Under the pieces are notes generated by a model that was given only the letters and a program-made list of their open reading frames with translations, was not told where the DNA came from and did not search any database. A stretch of DNA of 62,770 nt, filler included, from Malassezia furfur (taxonomy: Eukaryota): assembly GCA_052055015.1 (NCBI GenBank). It is 5 parts of 5 records of this genome, joined end to end, with 100 filler letters (N's around TTAATTAATTAA, not from the genome) between each part and the next. Parts side by side here need not be neighbours in the genome. Positions count along the whole stretch, not along the records: positions 1 to 12,594 come from JBQJIT010000333.1; 4 more parts are not named here. One strand, 5' to 3'. This document shows, one piece after another, positions 1 to 11,662 of the stretch (positions within the stretch are counted from its first letter, which is position 1; each line of letters begins with the position of its first letter). The translations under genes and the position numbers were made by a program.

Positions 1-2
1 CC

Positions 3-221
3 GAGGCGTGGGCGGCCGCCGCGCGCGCCGCAGCCGGCGCGGCCGACGGCGCACCGGCGCAAGACGCCGCGACCCTGCAGATGCTTGCGGACGTCGATGC
101 GGTGCGCAGCGAGATGAATGCGATCGTCGCTGGTGCATGTCCGCAGTGCACGCTCGCGGTGCAGCAGCTCGCGCAGCCGCTCGTCGACGCCAAGGACGAC
201 GATGCAGCGTGGGCTGTCTAG
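3..221 (+). CDS. VPS18: 3' end of vacuolar sorting protein Vps18/Pep3 (partial)
   Basis: Frame from nt 3 reads ...DAVRSEMNAIVAGACPQCTLAVQQLAQPLVDAKDDDAAWAV*, resembling the Vps18 C-terminus (CxxC followed by a terminal W). Confidence 0.6.
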   Translation, partial: EAWAAAARAAAGAADGAPAQDAATLQMLADVDAVRSEMNAIVAGACPQCTLAVQQLAQPLVDAKDDDAAWAV

Positions 222-337
222 CGCGGACATGGTCCGTGCGCCCCCGTACACGGCGGGCCCCTGTTTCGGGTGCCTAAGCCTTGGAATAGCATGCTAGTAG
301 ACGTGCGCACTACCTAGCCTATACAGACGGATGCAGC

Positions 338-2201
338 TTAGAACGTGTCGGCAATGCCCTTGACGAGCGCCCACACACCCCACGCGCCGGGGTCCGGCAC
401 CTTCTCCGAGGTCTCGCCGACGTACGTGGCACGGCCGAGACGCGCCGTGAGGTCGCGCGTGTGCTCCGCGCCTTGCTTGGCCGCATCGACGGCCGCCTGC
501 AGCGCCTGCTTGGCAGCAGCGCCCTGCTGGCCCTGCTTGTCGAGCGTCTTGGCAAACGCCGAGCGCGTCGACGAGCGTGCGGTCACCGGGACGCGCCGGC
601 GTGTAGTGGCCGAGGTTCTCGAGCGCGACGGCGGTCGCGTGGCCCCAGTGCTTGGTGCCGGCCGCCTCGCTCTTGTCCTTGGTGCTCTCGAGCAGGCCCT
701 GGACGAGACCGGTGAAGAAGAGGGCATAGATCGCGCCCGAGGTGCCGCCCATGTGCGACTCAATCACCTGGCCAATGCCGAGCACCGTCGCGGTCGCGCG
801 GTCAAGCGGGATCTCGTTCTTCTTGAGCGCCTCAAGCACCGCCTCACCACAGCCACGCAGCGTCTCGCCGGCATCGCCGTCACCGACGATCGTGTCGTAC
901 TTGGTGAGCGTCGGCTCGATGTCGATCACCGCCTGGCATGCGTTCGCAACGACCTTGCGCGTGAGCTCCTTGTCGCCATTCACAGGGCCGTTGGACGCCG
1001 CGGCACCCTCAGTAGCGCTGCCGCTCACACCGTGGCCAGACGCCTGCTTCTTCTTGAGCAGCGCCTTGCTCTCCTCCAGCTGCTCGTCCGGCTGCGGCAC
1101 CGACGGCGTGTTGCTCCACCCGTGGCCGACGCCGACCCAGCTCGCGGCGTCCGTGGGCGCATCGAGCAGCGAGAGGAAGTCGGCACCGCACTCCTCCTTG
1201 ATCCGCTTGTGGTTAAAGAGCGAGATGTTGAAGCCGGGCGCGTTGAGCGACGTAATGTACGTGCCCACATACACGCGCACAGGGCGCAGCTGCCACTCCT
1301 TCAGCAGCTTGCGCTCAACATCCGCAGCAATCGCCGACAGCTCAAGGTTGCTCATACCGCCCAAGTTGTTGATCACCAGCACCGGGTCGGAGTCCTTGTC
1401 GAACGGCACAAACGCACGCTCCTTGTCGTTCGGGTCAAGCAGCAGCTTCAGCATGTCCGACAGCAGCTTGTCCGAGTCCGGCTTGTTGTCGATGTGCTGC
1501 ACACCGGGCTCGTTGTGGATACCCATGCCGATCTCGATCGCGTTCGGGCCGAGCGCGCCACGCTCCTCGTCGTCCTTCGAGCGGCCCGGCACGTGGCAGT
1601 GGTCGAGCGACGAGCCGACCGTCACGACGTTGTTCACGACCGCGCGGCCGATCTTGCCGATAGTCTTGGCATCCTTGCCATCCTCGGCAGCGGCGCCGAG
1701 CGCCTTGCAGACGAACGGCGCACCCGTCAGGCCACGGCGGCCCACGAGACCGCCCTTGGTGCGGCCGACCGACACGTCGTCGCCGACAATCACCATCTCG
1801 ACGTGCTTGTCGCCGCCCTCACTGTTGAAGGCCGAGCGCGCCTTCTCCGCGGCCAGACCAAAGTTGAGGCAGTCGCCCGTGTAGTTGTTCACAATCACCA
1901 CCAGGCCCTTGTCCGTCGCCGCCAGGTCGACACCCGAGAGGATCTGCGCAGCCGACGGCGACGCAAAGATGTCTCCGGACACAGCCACGGTCAGCAGGCC
2001 CTTGCCGACGAGGCCCGTGAACGACGGCTCGTGGCCTGCACCACCGCCCGCGATCAGGGCAACCTTCTTCCGATCGTGCTCAACGTCGTACACGACGCGG
2101 TGAGGAGCATAGGTACGCAGCGAAGGGTTCGTCAGCGCAGCGCCAAGCACGGCCTTGTCCACAAGGCCGTTGGCGCTTTCGAAGATATGCTTGGTTGACA
2201 T
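338..2201 (-). CDS. DAK1: Dihydroxyacetone kinase (Dak1+Dak2 domains), with an apparent frameshift near nt 560
   Basis: Motifs GGGAGHEP, FASPS, NYTGDCLNFG, EIGMGIHNEPG, GDGDAG, MGGTSGA and GDRTLVDAL. The C-terminal ARLGRATYV...PDPGA lies in another frame. Confidence 0.93.
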
Positions 2202-2401
2202 GAGGAGATCGCTTCGTGTCGAGTTCCGAGCCAGGGTACATGGACCCTTTATAACTCCGCACGGACGGCTCGTGCGCCCGCACCGATCAGTCACATGATG
2301 TGGCCCGGGACCCGACGACAGATCCACGTGGTGGAAGACACCTGTGTGGGGGCGGCCAGTTGGCACATCTACGGAACGCGGCCGTGCGGGGCGCCGCGCG
2401 T

Positions 2402-3451
2402 CTAATGGTTCGTGCCGAGCCAGTCGCGCACCGTGTCCGCAAACGAGACCATGCAAACCTGAGGTTAGTATGGATCTGCGCGCCTGTCCAACGTACCGTC
2501 TGCCAGATACCCAGCAGAATGCGGGGGCTCACACCACGGTACAGACCCTTGATGCCGTTTTCCTTGTAGATGTAAGAAGCAGTGCCCATGATCGTCGGCT
2601 TCGTCTTGTGGTGCTCCGAGGCCGACTTCGACAGAGATTGCATCTGTGGTCAGCGTACGCAATCGACGTACCTCGACACGGATCACCTCGATCGGCTGGT
2701 TCCACGTAGCCAGCGCACCACCGATCGACGAACAGAAGATACGCTCAAGCGGAGAGAGCTTGTCCTTTTCCGTCTTGCCTGCAAATGTGCGCACGGGCGC
2801 CTCAGCAAGACGCGCAAAGCACATGCTATCAGTTAGTACACAACTGCGCCAAGCCTCGCAACATACCGGCTACCCCAGTTGGTGCACTGCCGGATCGCGA
2901 CAGCATTCACACCCTTGTTAATACCACGGATACCCTCGCGGCGGAAGATGTCGGCAAACACGGCCCAAGTCGACGGCGGCTTCACACCAGCCTGCATCTG
3001 CTTGACACGCGTAATCTCGGCCGTTTTCATACATGTACAGAAACCCATCGTCGCGTATGCCTGCACGACACCACCGAACATGCCACCAGCCAGACCCGCT
3101 GCGCCAGGACCGAAGCCGAAGGTCTTGGCCACCTTGTTCACCTCGCTCGCAGTGAACAGGAGCACGGCACCCTTGGTCGATGCCTCAATCCATGCCTGCA
3201 CATTGTCAGCTTCCTGCACCGCGTCACGCACGTACCCATGGGATAAGGCCCTGGTAAAAGCCGAGCACGCCACCGCGGCTCCACACCGTGCGGAGCGCCT
3301 GCGCCATGCTTTGGCTACGGTTCGACGCCATCTGCGTCTTGACCACCTCAAACGGCTGACCGAGGGTGGTCACTTCGAACATGTTCATGGCTGCGCCAAC
3401 CGCAATGTTGGACCACGAAAAACCTTGTTGTCCTGGAGCTGGAGGTGCCAT
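2402..3451 (-). CDS. YHM2: Mitochondrial citrate/oxoglutarate carrier Yhm2, 4 introns (28-41 nt)
   Basis: [80 protein letters not shown]. Confidence 0.9.
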
Positions 3452-3715
3452 CGTGGTACTGTCGATAGAGAGGGATTTGCGCGTGGCGGAAAGAAGACCC
3501 CCCTTGGATGCAACGCGATGCCTGAGGATTCCAGTCACGCATCTGTGCATAGACAAGCATAATCGCTTTGACTAAGATAAAGGATCCAGCCTATCAGAGA
3601 TGAGGACGCGTCACCTCCACGTGCGAAAATGACTCCTTGGCCCTGCACGATCTAAATGACCTACTGGCGCAACGCGGGGGGTCCATCATTGGCGTGGGGT
3701 TCCCAGCTGTACATG

Positions 3716-4642
3716 CTATACCTGCAGCATGGCCATCGACTGTGATGCAGATGTCACCGTAGGATGCACAGTCTCACTGTCGACAAGCGCTGGTGAATAG
3801 TAGCGCTGTCTCCGAGACTCGGGAGCCGCAGAAAGATCATGGGGAACTACATCCACCCACATCGTCCCATCGCTCATAACCATACCGTCGAGCACTTGTT
3901 GTGCACGTAAGCTCGACCAACCGCGTAGTGTAGGCATTGCTGGATCATCTGCGTCCTCTGCAGTCACAAAAGGAACACCTTGGGTATCTTTTCGGGACGT
4001 GCCCGAAGTGAGGTGTTGGAGAATGGACAGTGCGTCCGCGTTCAGCTCCATGGGTACGGTGCGCACCATGGTTTTTCCATGCAAGGAAAATACCTCATAG
4101 CCACACCCGAGCGGCCGCAGGGCATCAATACTTCGTTTCACATCCTCCTCGGTAATATGCGCGTCGACCTGCTCTTCCTCGCCAGCCTGCGTAGGTCCAA
4201 ACGAAGACCGGCGCAATCGGACAATTCCATCAATGAGGTCCTGCATCGAAATCACACCACCGTTCCTCTTGCGCGTGCTCACGCAGACATCAACGACTTG
4301 GACGCCGAGCTCGTGCTGCCAATCGCTAAACCCAAGTAGCTCGTTCCATAACTCGCCGACTTTTCCGAGCCGCGTGCCTGCCGCTGCCGTTGCGGGACGG
4401 CCCGCTAGGGGATCCACCCACATGCTCGTACACATTTGCTGGAATGCATGGCGGAGGTGCGGGTCCCGACGGAGGTCTTTCTTGTGAGCCACGGCAAATG
4501 CGCGCAACTGTCGCCGGAATGCGTCAATTTGGCCCCGCAGCTCATCTACTTTGGATTCATTTAGCTCATGAGACAAGGAGGTGTATTGCGCACGAGACTG
4601 GTTTCGTCGGTCCAACGCAGCAATGCCTGACCCACGTCGCAT
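3716..4642 (-). CDS. SNF8: ESCRT-II subunit Snf8/Vps22
   Basis: MRRGSGIAAL...LRAFAVAHKKDLRRDP...FQQMCTSMWVDPLA, ELGVQVVDVC, NGGVIS, VRTVPMELN. Confidence 0.9.
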   Translation of the reverse strand: MRRGSGIAALDRRNQSRAQYTSLSHELNESKVDELRGQIDAFRRQLRAFAVAHKKDLRRDPHLRHAFQQMCTSMWVDPLAGRPATAAAGTRLGKVGELWNELLGFSDWQHELGVQVVDVCVSTRKRNGGVISMQDLIDGIVRLRRSSFGPTQAGEEEQVDAHITEEDVKRSIDALRPLGCGYEVFSLHGKTMVRTVPMELNADALSILQHLTSGTSRKDTQGVPFVTAEDADDPAMPTLRGWSSLRAQQVLDGMVMSDGTMWVDVVPHDLSAAPESRRQRYYSPALVDSETVHPTVTSASQSMAMLQV

Positions 4643-5183
4643 ATTTTCCAAGGTACTGCCCGGTACCTGAACAGTGCCCCGTCTGTGCCCGTGGACGAAT
4701 GGATTGGTCGATCGATCAATTCCTAGGTGCCAAACCCGCTCGGAATTAAGTCCGGCCTGGTTAATCTGACTCCGCTCTAAGGTCCGCGGAGGAGTTAGCG
4801 TATAGGAAATTAATTCCGTGAATGAAAGTGGCGGTGAGCGCTATTCATAAAACCCTCCGGCCCAATCAAGCACGAGGCCGCTGGAGACAGCGGAGTTTGC
4901 AAGGGATAATTAAACCCTTCAACCTCGGATGCGCGCGAATCTGGCTGTGTGAGTGGTCGGATATTGCGTCATTCCAAAAAGCAATTAGTGTGCGGCTAGC
5001 CCTTTCAGTTTTTCACGAAATAGACTGCGGCACTCAATGCAATGCATACCAAGAAATATGGTATCCGCATGTAGTATAAATTTGACATCGCATGTTTGTG
5101 CACGGTACTCTTTGGTTTTAAATTGTGTGGCGTACAGGTCGATCGTATCCTTTTGACATCCTCTGCACACGGACCGCCAAGGA

Positions 5184-6164
5184 ATGCTAGGCAACTCACA
5201 TTCTCAGCTAGAGAATGATGGGTCAAAACCGCCTGACAATGTGCACGAAGAGGATGGATATGCTTCTCGCTTGCCGGTATACAAGCGAAGTGAATCGGAC
5301 ATGTCAAGCACCTCAGAAGCACCCGAAGTCAGTTTGGCCGATGCGGAAAAGGTCGATCGCGATCTAGGTAAGGTGACTGGTGGCAGCGCTACAAAAGCGG
5401 CCCGTTCGCAGTCCCAAGGGGGCCGTGGCAGCAACGGGTCCAAGCGCGCCCGAACGCTCCTAACGCCTGAACAGAGCCGTGTTTTACATGAGCTTTTGCA
5501 ACAGACGTGTTTTCCATCCACACAGGTTCGAGAGGCAGTCGCGGCGAAGCTGGGACTGTCTCCGCGCAAGGTACAAGTCTTCTTTCAAAACAAGCGTCAG
5601 AAGCAACGGAAAAAATCCAACGGCGTGCCTATGTCTTCGCATCCGCTGGTGGTTCCCATGTACCCTCCCAATATAACGACGGAAAGACTTGTGGATGGTC
5701 CAAATGCTTCGTCCAAGATGGGCCCACCGCGGCTTTCGCCGCCTGCTCATCCGGCAGCTGACCCCAACGCGTCGAATGTGCGCGAGCGTACAACGCCCTT
5801 GTCGACACCGGCATTTAATGTGCGGAAACCGCCGCTGGGACCTGCTGTGGACCCTTGGGTGAACAATTGGCATGCACGGCCCACGAATACGGACCGGCGT
5901 ACCTCCTTGCTTCTCCGCCCGTCCAGTTATGACCCCCACCAGCCCACCGCTGGACCTGATACCCTTACGCACAGTGTTCACAGGCATTCGCCTCCAACAC
6001 TTGCGGATGCATATACGCCGACTGGGCAACCAGCACCCAAGGAGAAAGGCGCAGCGGCAGGCTCGACGGTCCTGCCCCCTATCCTTACGCAGGATGAACC
6101 GAAGTCTTCTCAGCTGCAACTGCCTAGCATCGACAAACTGATTGCTAAGGAAGCTGCACAGTAA
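5184..6164 (+). CDS. Homeodomain transcription factor (start codon uncertain)
   Basis: KRARTLLTPEQSRVLHELLQQTCFPSTQVREAVAAKLGLSPRKVQVFFQNKRQKQRK is a three-helix homeobox. Confidence 0.85.
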   Translation: MLGNSHSQLENDGSKPPDNVHEEDGYASRLPVYKRSESDMSSTSEAPEVSLADAEKVDRDLGKVTGGSATKAARSQSQGGRGSNGSKRARTLLTPEQSRVLHELLQQTCFPSTQVREAVAAKLGLSPRKVQVFFQNKRQKQRKKSNGVPMSSHPLVVPMYPPNITTERLVDGPNASSKMGPPRLSPPAHPAADPNASNVRERTTPLSTPAFNVRKPPLGPAVDPWVNNWHARPTNTDRRTSLLLRPSSYDPHQPTAGPDTLTHSVHRHSPPTLADAYTPTGQPAPKEKGAAAGSTVLPPILTQDEPKSSQLQLPSIDKLIAKEAAQ

Positions 6165-6442
6165 GTCAAGGTTCTTCTTTGCATCTTTTGCTACACTTGA
6201 ATTTTCTACGGTTTATTTTTTTTTCCTGAAGCCTGTCGGTTCGGAGTATGATGTACCTTTATGAAAAATTAACCGCACAAGTGTACAACAATCTCCGTGA
6301 TGAACCGTCCTCCTCACCTATCACTGTTGTTAAATTTTGGCACGCCCTTGCAGAACCTAGGCTTAGGTTTCTGTGTGCAGCATGTTGTCTGCACTTAGTA
6401 TATAGAATTAACTGTAACATGCTATTGAGAAAAGGGATCTCC

Positions 6443-8104
6443 TTAATTGTTGGGCTTGTGTGTGATTGGGTTGTACGTGACGTTTGGCGATACGACTTCG
6501 TATTGCACCGTCGCGTTGCCCTGGCGGAAATTGCTCGTAGTGCTGCCCTTCGTCTTGTAGGTGTCCGAAGGTGACTGGCGTCCGGTAGCCACATCCTTTC
6601 CATGGATTGTCCGGTTGAACATCTCCAGCGCAGCGATGGGCTGGTAGAATGGCACCTCGTGACCGCTGTAATAAATACGCACAAAGCTGAAGTTGCCCGC
6701 CTGCTTCACTTGACCCGGAGTCTGGGAGCCAGCGGTCTGCATGTCCACATAACCAGCCTTGGCGAAATCGTCGCCACCCACTTTGTGGGCAATCACTTCG
6801 CCACCAAGCCAATTGCAGTTGTAGTCCGCATCACCCGCATGCAGGGTGACCGAAATGCCCTGCTGCAACAGGGAACGGAGGTTCTTGACAGCTCCCTCGC
6901 GACGACCATCGTCACCAGTACGAGTAAACGCTTTGCTCACGATCGCCGAGCTTTCCGAATAGTTCTGGTAAGCCCCGATGGCCGACTGAACCTTTTCAGT
7001 GTTCATGTAATCCACATAGTTGCTGTAAGGGAAGGGGTCAGGCATGAGCTCGCGGATGTCGTATTCGTCACGGTTCGCGTAGATATCCAAGATCGACTCC
7101 ACGTTCTCCGCACAGTAGGCGTCCGCCTTGCGGCATACCTTGTTCGCCTTGGAGGAGTAGCACTCCTTCAGTTGGTCGATGCACTTGCCTTCGCCGTAAA
7201 GATTGTCATACATCTCGTCGCTGATGCTCTTGTTGAAAGGGGAAAGATCGTACGTGTTTCCAGGGGACACAGTAAAGTTGTAGTAGGCTTGGTACTGCAC
7301 CATCGGGTCATACCAACCATTGCCAATCAGGATCGACTTCAAGTTCAGCGTCACTGCATCATCCGGCTTGTTCTCGTTTTGTTCAAGAATGTAAGTGCCG
7401 AACGCAGGGGCATAGTGGCCACCATACGACTCGGTAGTCAGGTGCAAGGACCGGTTGCTGTATTCGGGGAAGGCGCCCATGAAGCCTTGCAGAAGCTTCC
7501 ACACAGCAGGGGGGGTGTCGCGCGTCGTCGACGGAACTTCGGTTTCATCGGGAAGCGAGAAGGTCGCGCACGCCTCATGTTTCTTTAAGTCATCGGGACA
7601 TTCGTCCGAGTCGAGCTTCCGCACAATCGAACCCGAGTATGTGTTGTACACCACAGGGCTCACCACCGAGTAGGAGAGACCGGTGGTGACAGGTTGATCA
7701 ATGAACAACATATTGGACACCTCGGACCAGGCATGCTTGTTGTTGTGCAGCTTGCCATCAGGGTTCACGCGGCAGGGACCGTTCTCCTGGAAAAGACCGA
7801 TCATGGAGGAAGAGCCAGGGCCGCCGTTAAACCACACCGTGAGCGGCGCCTTCTCGGGGTTGTGGCGCGCCTCAAAGAACCAAAAGAACATGTGTTCATT
7901 CTCAGCAGTGTCGACATAGCCAGAGTAGCTCTTGACACCCTCGGTGGTCTCGCAGATGCCAGTAGGGACTTCCTTGTAACGAACGGTAGTGTTGGCATGG
8001 CCTTGCTTGGTCGTAAAACCGGTCGGCGTAGACACAAAGCCATTCTTGGCGCTTGCGGCCGCCGCCATAGCCAGAGCCGCGAGGCTCAACCTTGCAAACA
8101 ACAT
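6443..8104 (-). CDS. Secreted serine carboxypeptidase (S10, carboxypeptidase S1-like)
   Basis: Signal peptide; FFWFFEAR, WFNGGPGSSS, IDQP, ESYGGHY (catalytic Ser), GDADYNCN, SGHEVP (catalytic His). Confidence 0.93.
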   Translation of the reverse strand: MLFARLSLAALAMAAAASAKNGFVSTPTGFTTKQGHANTTVRYKEVPTGICETTEGVKSYSGYVDTAENEHMFFWFFEARHNPEKAPLTVWFNGGPGSSSMIGLFQENGPCRVNPDGKLHNNKHAWSEVSNMLFIDQPVTTGLSYSVVSPVVYNTYSGSIVRKLDSDECPDDLKKHEACATFSLPDETEVPSTTRDTPPAVWKLLQGFMGAFPEYSNRSLHLTTESYGGHYAPAFGTYILEQNENKPDDAVTLNLKSILIGNGWYDPMVQYQAYYNFTVSPGNTYDLSPFNKSISDEMYDNLYGEGKCIDQLKECYSSKANKVCRKADAYCAENVESILDIYANRDEYDIRELMPDPFPYSNYVDYMNTEKVQSAIGAYQNYSESSAIVSKAFTRTGDDGRREGAVKNLRSLLQQGISVTLHAGDADYNCNWLGGEVIAHKVGGDDFAKAGYVDMQTAGSQTPGQVKQAGNFSFVRIYYSGHEVPFYQPIAALEMFNRTIHGKDVATGRQSPSDTYKTKGSTTSNFRQGNATVQYEVVSPNVTYNPITHKPNN

Positions 8105-8211
8105 GGACGCGTGTTGATAAGCCTAAGCCTACTCCAGATTGTCACTTTAGGAAGATTGCAGATCCACATGTCACGCTTAGTCAGGGTGCGGCCATTTTGG
8201 TTCGGGCGACG

Positions 8212-9008
8212 ATGTGGTTGCGGGGATGGAACCAGTTGAGCCGACAGGCACTGAGGCCCGTACAGATGCATGTGCGGCGCTTCAACACGGTAGATCTGGC
8301 TTCGGATGCCTACACAAAGCCATCAGAACGTCGTGTTGAACAGCTTCGGCGTACGGCACAATTCTTGTCCTCGCTTGATGTAGCCGACCAACGCGAAGTG
8401 GCAGCTATGCTTCGCGTCGACCACTCTGGCGAAATCGCGGCCAACACAATTTACGAGGCTCAAGCCGATGTGTTCGGATTCCAGGGAAAGCGTCAAGAGA
8501 AGGACCTGATTATTGTATGTCTCGGGCTTACACAGGAAATGTGGGAGAATGAACGGAAACATCTAAAGGCTACAAGTGCCATGCTGGACGAATACCAGAC
8601 ACGTCCATCCGCTCTGGTCCCACTGTGGGCGTTGGCAGGAAGAGTTCTAGGTGGAGCCACTGCGATGATGGGCGAAAAGAGTGCCATGGCCTGCACGGAA
8701 GCCGTTGAGACCGTCATTGGCGAGCACTATGACGAGTACGTTTTTGTCTACTCTGACCCAGTCAATTGGCACACTTGGACGAAATTGGCGATAAACTTCG
8801 GGCTAAGTTCATGGGAGAGAAGGCGCAGCAGCTTGATGAATCCCTGGCGCTGCTCCGTTCGGTGCTGGTGGAATTCCGTGATGACGAACTCGAGCACCTG
8901 GATACAGCAGTCGAGCACGATGCCCAGCAGGCCCCTGCACATGCTCTACTGTCTGCCATTGTGGCCTACGGCTGCAAAGGCGCAATCGAGGTGGCCAAAC
9001 GTATATAA
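8212..9008 (+). CDS. COQ7: 5-demethoxyubiquinone hydroxylase Coq7, introns 8515-8535 and 8736-8761
   Basis: [64 protein letters not shown]. Confidence 0.93.
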
Positions 9009-9017
9009 TGTTTGAGA

Positions 9018-9949
9018 TTAAGCAAGTCCTTGACCACTCCCTCGCGACCATATTTTGACCGACGAACGTACCCCGTTGGCATTTTTAGGTCCTGTTCCGT
9101 CCGGTACGATGCGAAACAGACACGTCTCGGAAGGTTGGTCCAGGCGGAAGGCCTGCAGAGGCAGTTCTTCGTCCGCTTTCGGTGCGCATGCCGTTGTGGC
9201 TGCGGCGCACCGCGAAAGTCCATGTACAGTGAGCTCTCCATCGCAGTCGGCTGCACGTCCACTGGGCAATTCATTCACAGCAACCCAGATGTCGGCCGTG
9301 CGCAAGATATAGCGGAATAAGAGTTCGTCGCCCTCGTCAAGTGTGCCATGTGTATTCACCGCAGAACATGCGTCAGCGTGCTGCAGCGTCAGTAATGCTG
9401 CCTGTTGTTGGACGCAAAGCTCTCGTAGAGAAAGAAGGAAACGGGTGAGAGCCGACTGGACCGACTCCATGGAGCCTGGTAGGTTCCATTGCAAGATGGA
9501 AAGATCATCGACTATCACCAGTGTACGCGCCAAATAAGGCGGACTGGGTTCTTCTGTCTTGTTCGGTGTTTGTGCCACACGAATGGCGCCATGAATGGCG
9601 TCGAAAAGTACAGACAGCGGCTCTTCGGCGCCCAGGTATTGTTCGGCATCGACCGTTTGAAGCTCTCCCGACGCCAAGTATTGAGTCAATGGCATTCCCT
9701 GTGTTAAAAATGCAGACTTACCGCCTTGCGTGTGATGCTGTTCCAATGCGCAACGCCGTCGGCGCGGCAGCTCACCCACACGACGTTGTGAGCACTGGCT
9801 TGTAGTGCGATGAGCCCATAGTGAAGAAGAACAAACACGCCAGATGCATCAAGGGTATCAGTAATATGGATGTGAGCATCGCATGGTGGCAGCATGGACA
9901 CGGCATCCCCTTCAGGACCGAGTGCCAACAGCGACTCGATGGAGAGCAT
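9018..9949 (-). CDS. ELP6: Elongator complex subunit Elp6, intron 9699-9721
   Basis: HITDTLDASGVFVLLHY, HWNSITRKA|GMPL, LVIVDDLSIL and LPSGRAADCDGELTV fit the RecA-like Elp6 pattern. Confidence 0.75.
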
Positions 9950-10019
9950 AGCGCAAGGTGCCTGTTGGATTACGCAACGGCGTACGAAAGTGTCTCCCTC
10001 CACCTAACATTTTTCGGTA

Positions 10020-11609
10020 ATGAACAACGACGCGGCGAATCCGCCACGCCGGTTTGGGCGACCTGCCGCCTCAGAGGCTGCGCTCGTAGGGGGCGGCGTG
10101 CCGGAAGAGATCCAGAAGGACCCATTGCTCAACGGGGTAATTGCAAGTCTGCTACCCAGTAACTACAACTTTGAGATTCACAAGACGATCCACCAAATTC
10201 GAAAATACGATGCACAATGTGTGGCACTACAGATGCCCGAGGGGCTCACGCTGTGGGCGACCGCGATTTCTGATATCATCGAACGGTTTACCAACGCGAC
10301 GACCGTGATCATGGGAGATGTCACGTATGGTGCATGCTGTGTGGACGATTATACTGCGCGGGGTCTGGGTTGTGACATGCTGGTGCATTACGGCCACAGC
10401 TGCCTCGTGCCGGTCGACCAGACGATGATCCGCACTCTGTATGTCTTTGTGGAGATCCGCGTGGACACGGAGCATCTGCTGCAAACCATCCGAGCCAACT
10501 TCCCTGACGAACGCAGTGCCTTCCAGCGTGCGGTGCTGACGGCGCCGAACGAGCGCAAGGCGCCCCCTGCGATCGAGATCGAGTCTGGCTCAGAGCCACA
10601 GCGCACGCATTTCGCGCTGGTAGGCACCATCCAGTTTATTGCGGCAATCCAAGACATTCGCACACGGTTAACTGACGGAGACGAACCGTCGTCCGAGTCG
10701 TCCGCGCCGCTAGCAATCGAAGACGGTCAGGAGGTCGCACCCGACGCGCTGGTCAAGCGCCAGGCACACCAGCCGCGTTACACGATCACTGTCCCCCAAA
10801 TCAAGCCACTGAGTCCCGGTGAAATTCTGGGATGCACGTCGCCCAAGTTGGACGCCAACCAAGTCGACGCGATTTTGTACGTCGGCGACGGGCGGTTCCA
10901 CTTGGAGTCGATCATGATTGCCAACCCCCGTATCCCCGCCTTCCGCTACGACCCATATACCAAGCGTCTCCAACGTGAGCTGTACGACCACCCGTCCATG
11001 CGGCGGCTGCGCCAAGCCGCGATTGAGGAGGCGCAATCCTCGCTGACACGCGCACCCAAGGCCCTGGAGGACAAGCCGGCGGACGAGCAACCACAAACGC
11101 AGGGCTGGGGGCTTGTGCTAGGGACGCTCGGGCGGCAAGGGAGCACCAAGGTGCTCGACTACCTCGGCGAGACGCTACAAGCGCGAGCTGGATCGCTCCC
11201 TCATGTCCCGATCCTGCTGTCGGAGCTATCGCCTCAAAAAATCCGGCTCTTTGGCGAGCACCTCTCGGTCTTTGTGCAAACGTCCTGCCCACGCCTCTCG
11301 ATCGATTGGGGGTCTGCATTCCCGAAACCGCTCCTGAGCCCGTATGAAGCGGCGGCCGCGCTGGGCCGCGCGCCGCTGTGGAGCGAAACCGACGCCCAGC
11401 TCGGCCTGGTGCGGTATCCGAAATCGCGCGCAGGCGAGGAGGAGAGCGATCGGGATTACCCTATGGACTTTTACGCGAACCAGTCGATGGGCCCCTGGAC
11501 GCCGCGGCACGGCCTCGGCACGGTCAAAGCCGGCGGCCGCAGCAACCGTGCGTTGCTGCGGTCTTTGGGCATCCGCGCGAAAGCGCCGGCGGCCCCCCCC
11601 GCCTCATAG
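10020..11609 (+). CDS. DPH1: Diphthamide biosynthesis protein Dph1
   Basis: [77 protein letters not shown]. Confidence 0.96.
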   Translation: MNNDAANPPRRFGRPAASEAALVGGGVPEEIQKDPLLNGVIASLLPSNYNFEIHKTIHQIRKYDAQCVALQMPEGLTLWATAISDIIERFTNATTVIMGDVTYGACCVDDYTARGLGCDMLVHYGHSCLVPVDQTMIRTLYVFVEIRVDTEHLLQTIRANFPDERSAFQRAVLTAPNERKAPPAIEIESGSEPQRTHFALVGTIQFIAAIQDIRTRLTDGDEPSSESSAPLAIEDGQEVAPDALVKRQAHQPRYTITVPQIKPLSPGEILGCTSPKLDANQVDAILYVGDGRFHLESIMIANPRIPAFRYDPYTKRLQRELYDHPSMRRLRQAAIEEAQSSLTRAPKALEDKPADEQPQTQGWGLVLGTLGRQGSTKVLDYLGETLQARAGSLPHVPILLSELSPQKIRLFGEHLSVFVQTSCPRLSIDWGSAFPKPLLSPYEAAAALGRAPLWSETDAQLGLVRYPKSRAGEEESDRDYPMDFYANQSMGPWTPRHGLGTVKAGGRSNRALLRSLGIRAKAPAAPPAS

Positions 11610-11662
11610 TGGAGGTCCGTAATTCCAAACCAGGCCCGAGCCCGTTCGGGTCGCTTTCGCAC

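Noticed and set aside
5184..6164. Homeobox gene as a mating-type b (HD) locus
   Set aside because: No divergent HD1/HD2 partner; the neighbours are SNF8 and a carboxypeptidase.
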